From Prorocentrum cordatum (lineage: Eukaryota), in contig CAUYUJ010000002.1 of NCBI GenBank assembly GCA_963575745.1, positions 372,001-436,000 of the forward strand: DNA of 64,000 nucleotides, read 5' to 3'. Numbering within the stretch: the first letter of the stretch is position 1; every line of letters begins with the position of its first letter. Position numbers and translations under genes: made by a program. Of the stretch, positions 48,539-60,479 are shown piece after piece. The notes under the pieces were generated by a model. The model had not been told where the DNA came from and searched no databases. It saw only the letters and a program-made list of their open reading frames with translations.

Positions 48539-48638
48539 NNNNNNNNNNNNNNNNNNNNNNNNNNNNNNNNNNNNNNNNNNNNNNNNNNNNNNNNNNNNNN
48601 NNNNNNNNNNNNNNNNNNNNNNNNNNNNNNNNNNNNNN
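48539..48638. other. Assembly gap (100 N)
   Basis: Run of n. Contiguity across it is not established. Confidence 0.99.
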
Positions 48639-48776
48639 GGGCCACGCTCGGCCGACTGATTCTGATCAGCCTCGCTGGCAGCCTTACTGGGTTGAGGGGA
48701 GCGAAGACCTGGCTGGGAGACGAGGATCCCGGGCGCGGGTCGCCCCTCTCCCGCGGAGCTGCTGGCGAGGAGCCCG

Positions 48777-50219
48777 ATGGAGCGGGCAGCCCCGGCAGCG
48801 GTCGGGTGGCCCTTCCCGCGGGGGGCCTGGCTCGACGCAGCGCTGAACGGCGAGCTGGTGCCGGGGCTGCCGCTGGCGGCTGGAGCTCGGGTCCTGGCGC
48901 GGGTCAAGGACGACTACGGGGCGCCACAGGGCGTCGAGATGCTCGAGGTGGAGGTCGCCTACCAGGCAGACGCATTCGGCCGGTACTTCAAGGGCCGGCA
49001 TGTGGGCGCCAGCGACCCGTACTACTCGGGGTATGCAGCCTCCTGCGGGCAGCGGGGCGCGCGGTCCCTGGCCACGGTCTTCCACCTCTGCAAGTGCAGC
49101 GCCGACGAGTGCGGGGCGGTCGCGCCTGTGGGCGCAGTGGTCGAGCACTTGGACGTGTGGCAGGTGGTGGACCCCCGCGACGTGGCCCGCGAGCAGGCGA
49201 AACTCATCTGCCCGGCCGCGGATCCTGGAGCGCTTGTGATGACCGATGCGCCCGCGGCCGAGCCATTGCCTGGAGAGCTCGGCGGCTGGCCGCTCGGGGA
49301 TGGGGGCAACGAGGACGAGGAGGAGCCTCGAGGGCCGCCGCGCAAGCGGGCCCACGAGGTGGAGGGCACCCCGACCCCAGGCGGACCAGGAGAGGCGAGC
49401 CCTCTCGACCAGGAGATTGCAGGGCTCGAGGAGACTGCCGAGGACCCAGAGCTCGAGGCGCGGCTGGCGCGGCTCGGGGGCAGGGCAGCTCGTGGTGTGC
49501 CGAGGCAGGGCACGCCCAAGAACGCTGCGCGCCCAGCAGGTGCGGTAGGCGAGCGCCTGGCGCAGGTGGTGGCCGGCCGAGCTGCCGCTGCTGCCCCTGC
49601 GCGCCCAGGCGCCGCTGGGTCGAGGTCCAGGCTGGCATCAGCCTTGACCGCGGCGCTCCTGGGCCGCGACGACGACGACGCGGAGGACGGCGCGGAGAGC
49701 GACACGGAGCGCCTTGGGGGCCGCGACCGCTACCAGGGCGTGGGCATCAAGCGGGACTTGTTCCGCAGGATCGCTCGGCAGCGGCCCGGCGCTCTCCTCG
49801 AGAACGGGCTCGGCCACCTGCGCAGCCAGTTCGCCCAGCAGTTGTCCGCAGGCGAGGCCGACCCTCTGGCCCCGTGTGTCACGCAGTTCTTGAACACGGT
49901 GTTCTTCGTTGCTCACCCGCCGCGGACGCTGGGGACGGACGAGGTGCGGGTCCTCCGCGCGCTGGGACTGGCGCTCGACGGCATCCTGCGCGGAGAGGTC
50001 GTCGAGACTGCGGATCTGCTCATGCAGGAGTTCAAGGCGCGGACGATGGCCATCCGCGACGGGAACTGGCGGTCGGCACGGTGGCTCACGCTGGTCGCAC
50101 AGGAACAGCTTCCATCAGGCGCCTCTCTGGACGAGGAGAACGCTGCCGAGAAGGTCGAGGCCCGAGAGCTGAAGGTCGCCGAACTCCGCCAGCGACTTGC
50201 AGACCGCAGGCCGGGCTAG
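48777..50219 (+). CDS. Gag-like ORF of YR element 2 (480 aa)
   Basis: Position upstream of pol. HLCKC...C...H motif; helical C-terminal block ALDGILRG...DLLMQEFKA...WRSARWL. Confidence 0.72.
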   Translation: MERAAPAAVGWPFPRGAWLDAALNGELVPGLPLAAGARVLARVKDDYGAPQGVEMLEVEVAYQADAFGRYFKGRHVGASDPYYSGYAASCGQRGARSLATVFHLCKCSADECGAVAPVGAVVEHLDVWQVVDPRDVAREQAKLICPAADPGALVMTDAPAAEPLPGELGGWPLGDGGNEDEEEPRGPPRKRAHEVEGTPTPGGPGEASPLDQEIAGLEETAEDPELEARLARLGGRAARGVPRQGTPKNAARPAGAVGERLAQVVAGRAAAAAPARPGAAGSRSRLASALTAALLGRDDDDAEDGAESDTERLGGRDRYQGVGIKRDLFRRIARQRPGALLENGLGHLRSQFAQQLSAGEADPLAPCVTQFLNTVFFVAHPPRTLGTDEVRVLRALGLALDGILRGEVVETADLLMQEFKARTMAIRDGNWRSARWLTLVAQEQLPSGASLDEENAAEKVEARELKVAELRQRLADRRPG

Positions 50220-50776
50220 GGGTCTGGCCGGGAGCCGTCTCCGTTGCAGGGGGGGACGGCACCTGCAGGCCTTGGGCGCGCGGAGGCGCGCCCCCCGCCC
50301 CCTGCTCCCGGGACGCCAGTCTCGGGATCGCCCGAGGCGATGAGGATCCTTGCCGGACGAGTTCCAGGCGACGGTCCCGCAGTTCCCCCCGCCGGGAGGG
50401 GGAGGAAGGAAGAAGCCCAGCTGAGCCGGGAGCGTTAAGGACCAGCGCAGTCACACGCTGGTTACTCCAGCTTCCTGAGCGACCCACTGGCGTCGGACTA
50501 CCTGGAGACCTGCGAGTAGCGCCGCCGCCACGGCAGTGCCACCAGACGCGGACGCAAGGCTGCAGGCCGGAGCTAGGCGCTAGCACACACCAAGGCGGCC
50601 ACCCGAGAGGCGGAGGGCGAGAACCAGGCTGAATGGAACGGCGAGCATTCGGGAGGGAGGCCGATTACTGGCTAGGCCTAGTGCCGAGTGGCAAAAGGCA
50701 AGACGGGGAGGGAAAAGAGCCGCGGCACGGAGCGCCTGCTCGCTGACGGCCTGGCACTTGCTGATGGGGTTCGGGC

Positions 50777-53700
50777 GTGAGGGCCGACGCGGCTAAGGCC
50801 GCGGCCCCGAGCACGCCCCTGCCTGCCCTCCGCCCGCCTGAGCGGCAGCTTCGCGGCAGCTCGCAGGCTCGGCGGTGGCGCCAGATGCTAGCCGAGGTGG
50901 GCACGGGCGTCAGCTCCAAGTTCAGGCTCGCCCTCGCGGTCCACGAGGCGGTGCACGGTTCGCCAGGGGCGATCGGGCGGTACGTTCGTAAGATGTGCAC
51001 TTCGCCAGACCCCGCGGCCAGCTTCGCGCGGCTGCGCGAGGTGTTGCCGTTACCGCTGCCCGACGCCCCGCTCTTCGAGAGGTACCGTGCCGCCTGGTAC
51101 CTACACCAGCAGCTGCCGGAGACCTGCGAGGTGGACGCCGCCACGGCGCAGGGGTGGGCCCAGCTCGTGGTCTTCAGCCTGAACTACCAGTACACGGGGC
51201 ACATGCGTTGTCCAACCGTCGCCGCGAGGCGGCCCACGGCAAGTCAGATCAGTGCGCTCGGCATTGTGCAGGAGGCCTGTGAGTATTTCGTTCAGGATGC
51301 CGCCACATCTTTCGAGCTCCCGGACTGGGACCAGGTCATCGCGTCGAGGACCGTCTCCTACGGGGGCGAGGAGACGTCCCGCGCCCTGCCACTCTCGCTT
51401 GCGGGGATCATGCCAGGCCTCCCCGCGCGGGGCGTCGCCGCCTCTGTCAAGGCGCTCGACATCGCGGATGCTCAGGTGGGCGGGTGGAATTTTTTGTTTT
51501 TTGGTTTTTTTGGTTTTTTTTTTTTTTTTGGGATTGCGACCACCTCGCTTGCTTTGGCCTCTCTTTGCTACATCGTGATGAGTGGTGGCCTCTGCCTCCT
51601 TTGCATGCTGCAGTACGAGGTTCACGCGGGCGGCGATCAGGCACGTCCAAGCTAGGGAGTGGTCAGTGGTTGTTGGTTTTACAGTATCGCGGTCCAAGCT
51701 CGTCGTGAGCTGGGGATCATGGCTGCTGCCTGTCGCCTGCGCCGATACCGCCAGTCTCGACCTAATCCGAATCTCTTCAAGGTTTCGGGTAACCCCCCCC
51801 CACCAAGGTGCTCGCCGGGGCGTTTGGTGTCGCCAAGGGTGGCACGCCGTCACCTGGCCAGGCGTGCGCCCAGCGCCTGATCATCAACATGGTCCCGGCC
51901 AACAGCTACCAGCGCATCATGAGGGACGACATCGGGACCCTTAGCGCGTCGCCCTCGTGGGTCGCCATCCCGCTCCCAGAGGGCCACATGCTGCTTTGGT
52001 CGTCAGATGACCAAGCCTCCGCTTTCTACTGCTACGAGCTGCCCGAGGCTTGGCAGCCGTACATGACCCTCGCGGAGGCGATCCCGAACGAGCTCATCGG
52101 CGTGCCGGGTCCTGGGAAGACACACCTCGCGCTGCGCGTCATCCCGATGGGCTGGATCAACGCGGTCACGGTGTTTCAGCACTGCCACAGGCGCCTCGGG
52201 TTCGGCTCTCGCCCCCTCGCTGCGGGGTCCGCGGAGCTCGAGTGGCGCAAGGACCGGCCACTTCCGTTCAAGTCGAAGGAGCTCGAGCAGCAGTGGATCC
52301 AGTACTACATCGACGACTGGGACCATGGCGAGGTGGTGCCCAACGCGATGGTCGCGGAGCTCCTCGGCACGATGAGCTGCGCGCAGGAGGAGCAGAGGGC
52401 CGCCTACGGCCGCTCGGGGATCAGCGTCGCCCCCGGCAAGGCCAAGCACCGCGCGCTGGTCCTGGAGCGGATGGGCGCGGGTCTTGACGGGGCCGTCGGC
52501 CGGGTCGGGGTCACGACCGAGAAGCTTCACCAGCTGCTGGCGTTCATCCTGTGGGGCATGGGCAGACAGGGCCTCTCGTCGCAGGGCATGCTCATGATCC
52601 TAGGCAGGTGCGTCAGGGCAGCGGAGTTCAGGAGGCCTTTCATGGGGTTCCTCAACAGCGTGTGGGCTGCTGGGCGCTGGACGCGCCCGCAGGCTGTTCC
52701 CCTTGGCATGTGCGACGAGCTCTTGGGCTTCGCGATGGCGCTGCCGCTGGCATACACCGACCTGCGCGCAAGGATCGACACTTGTGTCATTGCGACCGAT
52801 GCCAGCGAGCGCGCCGGGGGCATCTGCCACACGGCCGGGCTCTCGGCGCAGGGCGTTGCCTGCGCGAGAGGGGGAGCATCAGCAGTGACTTTGCGGCCTG
52901 GTGCAGTTGCGGCTCCTGTGCGTGGTGTGCGGTGGCGCCCTCGCATAGTTCTCATCGAGCTCTTCGCTGGCGCTGCTGGGGCCGCGGTGGCGGCCTCCAG
53001 ACTCCCGATCGACGTGATGGCCCACGTCAGCTGCGAGGTCGAGCCCGCTGCCCGGCGACTGGTGCGTCGCCGCTGGGCGGGCGTGATTGAGCTTGGCAAC
53101 ATCGAGGCCGTCGACGCGGCGCGGTTTACTGAGATGCTGAAGGGCTACGCGCGGGACGCCGACTGGGTCGTCTTGACCGCGGGGAGCCCGTGCCAAGACC
53201 TTGCGAGCATCAATGTCGTGGGGACCGGCCTAGAGGGGTCGAGGTCGAGGCTCTTCTTCCGGGTCCCCGAGCTGATCCAGGCAGCGGAGGCTGCCTTTCC
53301 CAAGCGCACCATGTGGTTCGTCGAGAACGTGTTCAGCATGACCCTAGAGTCGAGGGCAAAGTTCACCAGGGCGCTTGGAGTCACGCCCGTGTTCCTCGAT
53401 GCCAGGTGTCTCACTCACGTCAGGCGGCCCCGCCTGCACTGGTGCTCGTGGCCGGTCACGGCGTTCTTGGCGTCCGACGCCACCGTCGAGACCAAGGGTG
53501 TGGGAGAAGCCGCGTACTTCAAGGTCTCGCTTGCGGTGGAGAGGCTCCCACTGAGTGCCTCGCTCCTGGAGGGCTGGTCGACGCTGGACCCTGAGGCAGA
53601 CCTCCCTTGCTTCACGAGGCCAATCCCGCGACGCCACCCGCCGTTCCGGCCCGTGGGCCTCGACCGCGCCTCGGTGCTGGCCGCGGAGCGCTGGGCTGCC

Positions 53701-54705
53701 GACAGCTACCGCTACCAGGTCAACAACTACGAGGACGGCAGCCTCATCTGGGACGCGAGGCGTGAGCGGGGCCGGCTGCCCGTGCCTGAGGAGCGTGCTG
53801 CTCTGATGGGGTTCGACCGTCTCTATTTCCAGGCCGCTGTAAAAGATAGTGCCCCCGCCGCCGAGCGAGACAGCGTCATTGAGTCCCTGATCGGGAATAC
53901 GTTCTGCGTCCAGGCTGTCATGTATCTTCTCGGCTCGTGGCTCGCTCAAGTGGGGGCGCTAGCGGCCGCCATCCCAGGCAGCAGCTGCCTCGCTGTGGGC
54001 ACGTGCGAGGCGAACTGGAACGTGGTCCCCGACTTCCAGCAGCCGGGACATCACGACCCGCAGTTGGAACGCAGCCTGATCGTAGAGTTCCTGCGGGTCG
54101 CGGACCGCGGGGGCACGGACGTCCGGCTTGACACCGGGGCGCCCTACCGCGCCCGCGCGTGGCCGCGGGCAGCACTCCGTACGCACCTCTGGGCCTGGCG
54201 GATCGCCAAAGGCTTTCGCTGGCAGCGGCCTGGGCACATCTCGGCGCTGGAGCTGGAGGCTGCGGTGGCTGGAGCGCGCTGGAGGTGCCGGGCAGTTGAG
54301 AACCACCGCTGCCGCTACCTGCACATTCTGGATGCCCAAGCGATCGCGGCAGTCAGCACCAAGGGCAGATCGAGCGCGAGGGCTTTGCAGCCAGCGCTCC
54401 GCCGGCTCAACTCCCTGCTCCTCGCGACGGCAGGGTACCCGCTGTACGGCTACTGCGACACCGACGACATGCCCGCCGACACGCCGTCCCGCTGGAGCTT
54501 CGGCCGCCGCTGCCACGCTCCCAGTGCTGCCGCCGGCGAGGGCCAGGAGGGCCGCCCCCGGCAAGCGTGCAGCGCAAGCAGCAGCAAAGGTGAGCCGGGT
54601 CACGGCCCAGGCGATGGCGCGACGAGCTGCAGCGAGGTCCCAACCGCTGAGGGAGGCGATGGTCACGCCGCTCACCCTGCAGCGGTACCGTGCGGCGGTC
54701 GATGA
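50777..54705 (+). CDS. Pol of YR element 2: RT - RNase H interrupted by a Dnmt3-like C5 methyltransferase; frame scrambled at about 51490-51805
   Basis: RT: GAFGVAK, QRLIIN, IPMGW, YIDD (52306-52317). RNase H: TDAS (about 52795)...HISALE...ILD...PADTPSR. DNMT: ELFAG, CEVE, GSPCQDL, VENV, RRPRLHW, IGNTF (about 52940-53940). Confidence 0.9.
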
Positions 54706-55528
54706 TGTCGTTGATTTCTGGATCCAGGAGCACCGGCAGCCGCAGACGCCCGCTCAGGTCGACGCTGGCGTGGCCGCCTTCATCGAGAGCCGTTGGCTGA
54801 GCGGAGGATCTTTATTTGAGATTAATAATGCAATCGCAGGCATCACGCACGCATTCCCGCCCGTGCGAGGGCACCTGCGGGACAGCTGGCGCTTGGCCAA
54901 GACGTGGCAACGCCTGGAGCCAGCTGGGCGGGCGCTGCCGATCGGGCCGCTGATTGCGGCAGCGTTCGCAGGGGCATTTGCGGCCGTGGGCCAGCTCGGC
55001 GCTGCGGCGGTGCTGGCAGCAGGCTACGACGCTTTCCTCCGGACGGGTGAGATGACCTCGCTCGTGTGGTCCGACGTGCAGCTGTATCCACTCCGCCAAA
55101 TGGCCGTGCTGCAGCTGCGCAACACCAAGAGCCAGCATCAGACTGGTGCCCGAGAGTTCGTGCTCGTGCGGAGCGGCGTAGCGGTCGCCCTCCTCGCCAG
55201 GGCAAAGGCTCAGGCGCACAAGCAGGACTTGTGCCTCGGGATGGAGCCAAGCAGTTTCATGAGCACCTTTGGCCGCGTGCGTGAGCTGCTGGAGCTGCAA
55301 GATGCGAAGCTCACCCTCTACAGCTGGCGTCGGGGCGGCGCGTCCGCCGACTTCCGCAGCCACGGCTCCATGGAGCAGACGCTGCTCCGAGGCAGGTGGG
55401 CCTCGGCGCGCACGGCCCGCTTGTATGTCCAGGATGCCGTCGCCGAGGCCACTCAATTAAATCTCTCGCCCACGCAGCGGAGGCGCTGCGGCCTGCTCGC
55501 GTCCCGACTGCGAGCAGAAGCGAGATGA
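54128..55528 (+). CDS. Tyrosine recombinase of YR element 2 (probable start near 54614)
   Basis: FLRTGE, NTKS, YSWRRGGAS, RGRW, ARLYV. It overlaps the end of pol in another frame. Confidence 0.9.
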   Translation: MTPGRPTAPARGRGQHSVRTSGPGGSPKAFAGSGLGTSRRWSWRLRWLERAGGAGQLRTTAAATCTFWMPKRSRQSAPRADRARGLCSQRSAGSTPCSSRRQGTRCTATATPTTCPPTRRPAGASAAAATLPVLPPARARRAAPGKRAAQAAAKVSRVTAQAMARRAAARSQPLREAMVTPLTLQRYRAAVDDVVDFWIQEHRQPQTPAQVDAGVAAFIESRWLSGGSLFEINNAIAGITHAFPPVRGHLRDSWRLAKTWQRLEPAGRALPIGPLIAAAFAGAFAAVGQLGAAAVLAAGYDAFLRTGEMTSLVWSDVQLYPLRQMAVLQLRNTKSQHQTGAREFVLVRSGVAVALLARAKAQAHKQDLCLGMEPSSFMSTFGRVRELLELQDAKLTLYSWRRGGASADFRSHGSMEQTLLRGRWASARTARLYVQDAVAEATQLNLSPTQRRRCGLLASRLRAEAR

Positions 55529-55663
55529 ACTGTTCTTGCTTTGTACTGCCTGTCTGTCTGTCCCGCCCATCCTCCACCTTTCCTCCCTCATTTCATTAAA
55601 GCAGGGTGGAGGGAATAGGTAAGAGCAAGAGGGAGCGGCTATTGCCAGGGTAGGGACCGTGGA

Positions 55664-56332
55664 GAGAGCTAGGGGGTTCAGGGGTTGGTGACGTTAACCT
55701 CCCGGCGGTGCAAGTGTGTCAGCTCGTCTGGGATGCAGCGCGGGTGCTTAAGCGCCACGGCTGTGCCAGGCGGGTTGGGAGGCCCTTGGTTGCCGCTGAC
55801 GGGACGGGACCTCTCCCAACTCCTGGGTTGACCCCTGAGTAGCCCCCAGAGGTCCTGGCCTGACAAGCTCCCTGGCGGAGTGCACAAAAACAGGTGAGAG
55901 AAGCATATATGAACCTTCCAAGGAAACCTATGCGGAGTCCACCTGAGCGTGCGCGACGCCGTTGATGGATAACGGTTGAGTTTCATCCATCTTCCGTAGC
56001 TGTGTTGGCCCACCCACAGACAGGGGGCAGCATAGCTACCGTCTCGCGCGTGGCCGTGCCTGCCTCCGCGCGAGTGATTGCCAGGACGAGAGCTAGGGGG
56101 TTCAGGGGTTGGTGACGTTAACCTCCCGGCGGTGCAAGTGTGTCAGCTCGTCTGGGATGCAGCGCGGGTGCTTAAGCGCCACGGCTGTGCCAGGCGGGTT
56201 GGGAGGCCCTTGGTTGCCGCTGACGGGACGGGACCTCTCCCAACTCCTGGGTTGACCCCTGAGTAGCCCCCAGAGGTCCTGGCCTGACAAGCTCCCTGGC
56301 GGAGTGCACAAAAACAGGTGTAGAGAAGCATA

Positions 56333-56335
<3 letters not shown>
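55664..56335 (+). repeat. 3' split direct repeats B1 (55664-55910) and B2 (56088-56335) of YR element 2
   Basis: About 247-bp near-identical copies separated by 177 bp. Confidence 0.95.

Positions 56336-56395
<60 letters not shown>
56330..56395. repeat. (TA)n/(TATG)n microsatellite
   Basis: Visible run abutting B2. Confidence 0.95.
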
Positions 56396-56397
<2 letters not shown>

Positions 56398-57599
56398 TAT
56401 CCCCGAAATCAAGCGATCAGGCGATCACTTTCCTTATCCAATTTTCCATCCCAGTTACCTTCCCACACACTTCCGCTTTCTCTCAGGCTGGTCGCACCGT
56501 TTTGGGCAGGTATGGCGGACGAGTATAAACAAACATGTAAAAGTCACGGCGGTCACACTGGGTCCACGCCGGAAAAACAGAAGAAGAACAAAGAGGAGGA
56601 TATTAGAGGTGGACTCGGTTCAGCAAGTGATTCAAGTATGGGGCCAGGTGGTGGGGTGCTAGTTGCGCATTCTCCCCCGCAGTGGTTCCGGGATTTTGAG
56701 AAGCGTTTCTCCGGCCAGATCCAAGGCATCTCTACAGACCTGAATGATATCGGAGAGCCTGGGGAAGGCGCAGCAGCAGGCGGGAGAAGCAAAGAAACTA
56801 GTCAAGGAGGTCGAGGAGCGCACGGATGAGGTCGAGTCAGGCATGGAGTATCTCAAAATTGAGCTCCATGAAGATCACGTCAGCAGGCAGGACTTGAAGG
56901 AATAGGCCGTAGCAATAGTTCAGGAGAAGATGAAATAAGTTGCGAAGAAAGACTTTCCACGGGTAGATAATCCAGCAGCCGATGAACATGATGACGAGCG
57001 AAGGCGCTTGTTTTTTTGGGGGCCGGCCTGAAGGCGGAAACAGGAGAGCGCATCGTCGTCGCGAAGGTCGCGGAGATCACGAGCGCCATGCGCGTCTCCA
57101 ATAAAGCCCTCAAGATTTTCACTTGTACTCAGCCTGCCCGCGTTGGCGTCGTGCAAGTCAAGACTGCTCCAAGCAATAATGGCGCAACGAAGAGAACGCG
57201 GACGAGCAATCGCAAATGGAATGATGCAGGTCAGTCTTGACGCAAAAGTAACGCGACGTCTGAGCAGCGCTGCGTCGACAAGACTTTCGGACAGATCAAG
57301 CAAGAGATGATACAGAAGGGTATTGACAAGCGTGCGATAATAATTGATTGAGAACAACAAGGTGGAACTACGTGGAAAACCTGTTGCGGGCGCTGGAACC
57401 GACGGGGCCATACTGACACACAACGAAGGCAAGGATGTCCACCAGGAGGTCGAACAGCATATGGGCGAATGGCGAAAGGCAGGCGACAGTGGGATGTGAT
57501 CACTGCGATCACTAACGACGCGCGCGTGCCCCTTTTTAGAACGGCCAAAACAAACTGGGGGGGGCGTGCATTGCACAAACATGCTAGCAGCGATTTCCC

Positions 57600-60210
57600 C
57601 ATTCATTCTCTACGGCATTCTCACACTACCGACAATGTATCATATACTCCAGGGTTTGCGACCGGGCAGAAAGAGAACTCCGGGGATGCGACAACCGGCG
57701 CAAACATCAAAGCTTTTGAGCACAATGGGCGTCGCTGCTTTGACGTCGTCGCGTTCACCGCTAGAGGTCTTGCCAGCGATGATTGGATCGGGGAGTTGAT
57801 GATCGGGCTGGGATCGACAAAATGAGGTGACATGTTACTTGCGGAGACATGGGGAGTCCAGAAGGCGGAGCTCTCCCCGACCACTCGAGGCCATGTCGCA
57901 GGATCCGCGGGGGCTCCTGATGGAAAATTGGGCTTTGTCATCATCATCGGCAAATCATGCAAACTTATCGAGTCTGCTTCATTGAATGCAAGAGTGACGC
58001 ATGCATATATCAAATGTGATTTGCATGACTTGAGAGAGTCGGAGTTGCGTAGCTCCCGGATGCCGCGCGCAAGGGCGTGGATGCGCAGCAGTTGCACGCA
58101 GTGCTCTCCACGGCCAAGCTGGAAACAAAGAAGGAACTAACGCGTTTGATAGGTCGAGATTGCAACGCGCAAGATGGAAGCATAATATCAGGCGATAACA
58201 GCGGCGCCATCGGACGCCGTGGATTCGGAGCAGAGGTTCTGACGGGGCCAGCGGCTTAAAGAATGGCGCTCGCTGCGCGATCTCAGCATGGCGAACATTT
58301 TCCTTTCCAAGCCTCCGCTGAGGAAGATCGCCCGCTACCTCAGCAACGGTCAGCCGCGGCAAATCGCGCGCGGTCTTGTCTGTAAACGTTCGCGCTGGCA
58401 CGCGAAAAACTCGGGGCCCGCTGACATGGCGGACCTGGGGCTCGACCATTTGCCTGCGCGTTCTTCTTCTTCTTCGGGTCGCCGTTGGGGCCAACGCGCA
58501 AGAGGGACTTGCCGCGGAGGAGACGACAACGTACAGGTTTTCTGCTACAGCGACGCTTCTGCGCAACATGGCGATGTGCATTTCAAGGGGTGCCCCGGCA
58601 GTGGTGCCGCGTAGCATTGACGATGTTTGCGCTCAAATTGAGTCGGCTTTTGAATCGCGCCAACGCGTCGCGCATCGCAGCGTCTTCGCTGGGCCCTGCA
58701 TCGGCGCCGAACTTGACTGGCGAAGAAGCGGAACTGCGACGGTCGATGCATGCGCGGCGCACACCGCGCCACTAGGATGGCAGCAAGCGCGCGGGGCTCG
58801 GCAAACATATTCGCGTCAAAGTGAAGACCATCGCAGCTGAAGCGCGCAGACCACACATCAAGCATATATTGCGTTCTTCTTTCTGGGCCGAAGCACGTCG
58901 AGACAGCCGAGTCGAGGTGCAATCGTAGAATGATTGCCAGAATGGTGGTTGAGAGCGGGGTGGAGTGCGCATGCCTCACAGATATCGCAAACATTCTCTC
59001 TGAGTTCTATTTCGACCCTCATGCCGCAGAGCGCGAAGTTCTTGATCAAGCAGCAATGGTCGACGACTACCCCGCGGCGCGCGCCCCGCAGCTTACCTGC
59101 GATCAGCTCGAAAAAGCTGCAAATTTTGCAAGACGGGCAAAGCGCCGAACTCTACCGGAATAGTTGCGGGCATGTTTGAATTTGGGGGGCGAAGTGGCGC
59201 GACGTGCTGTTCTAGACATGCGCAGCGCGATCATCAAGCCTGGCGGTTCAACTTGCAACAATACTGCAATGAAAGCGTTGTTCAAAGATGGTGGCCCCGC
59301 GCAGCCGCCCAACTGCAGTCCTACAGGCCCATGTCAACAATGCCGACGCTATATAGATCATCCGGTCGCCTGCCGCGCCAGAGGTTGGAGAAGTTGTTGG
59401 GCCAGGAGCAGTCGGCCGACCAAGCTGGTTTCAGGAATGGTTATTCGACCGTTGGTCGCCTGTTTACTTTGCCGCGCGCCCAGGAAACAGCGCGCGAATT
59501 CCTGCAAATCGCCCGGCATTGCGCGCTCGATTTCCGGAAGGCTTTCGACGCTGTTAAGCGCGATTCTCTCTGGGAAGCCCATCGCAGCCAAGACTTGCCA
59601 GAACAACAGATTCGGCTTCTGCGCTCTCTGTGCGCGGGCCAGCGCTGCCAGGTGCGGGCGGGCGTCCTCGGCGAAGAATTCCACGTTCAACGCGGGGCCA
59701 TGCAGGGTGACCCATTGTCTTCTTGGCTTTTCAATGCTGCGCTTAAGCGCTGTCTGCGGCCATGCGAAAAGACTTGGTCCACGAGGAAGTGAGGCTTAAG
59801 ATTGGACCCTTGGACGGCGCTACGTTGACCAACTTACGCCCCGCGGACGACGCGCTTGCCGCGGCGAACGCGCTGCGCCAAATCAAGCAGATGTTGACGG
59901 GCATCAAGAAAGCCGCGACTTCAGTGGGCTTATCTTTGCACCCGGGCAAACAAAGACATTCCAACCGAATCGAGCAAGTTTGGCAAGCAAGCCGCCGCCG
60001 CGGTGCACTTCGATGACGCGGAGATTAAGATCATCCCACGGACAGCATCAATCAACTATTTGGGGCGTCTCGTATCATGCGACACACCGTTCGAGTGCGA
60101 ACGCGGCAATGACATCCGGAAAGCTTGGGCAGCTTACGGGGTGCACAAACAAGAGTTGACAAGCCGATCGCGTCCGCTTCGAGACCGCATTCGGCTGCTG
60201 TTGTGAAGAG
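57600..60210 (+). pseudogene. Heavily decayed RTE-like LINE pol
   Basis: DQAGFRNGYST, LDFRKAFDAV, RGAMQGDPLS..LFN, LTNLRPADD, YLG and KAWAAY, scattered over frames with many stops. Confidence 0.8.
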
Positions 60211-60479
60211 GGAGCAGCTCTGAGCATCTTCCCCTTTTTTCCGTCTCATTGTGATTTTCTGCCTCACAGTCGCGGGGCGTTCCGTTGCTTTGGCTTCGCA
60301 GTCGCGATGCGCTTCTCTTCCTGCCTGTATGTGCGCAGCTCTCTCTGCGCTACCTCCTATTGTCCACATTGTGTACCAAGTATATTCCTCTGCGCCCGTT
60401 GACAGGACTGCGCGTCCCATGCACCTACCCTCGTAGAGGACTGCCCCATCGGGGCTGGGATGTGGGTCGCATCGCATCG

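Larger units (their letters stand above)
48639..56335 (+). mobile_element. YR retrotransposon 2 carrying a C5 cytosine methyltransferase; 5' end lost in the gap
   Basis: Gag-like ORF, RT/RNase H/DNMT ORF and YR ORF. 3' direct repeats at 55664-55910 and 56088-56335, followed by (TA)n. Confidence 0.9.

Noticed and set aside
48413..50632. 739-aa ORF linking LINE copy C and YR element 2
   Set aside because: It reads through the 100-N gap; the two sides are different elements on opposite strands.
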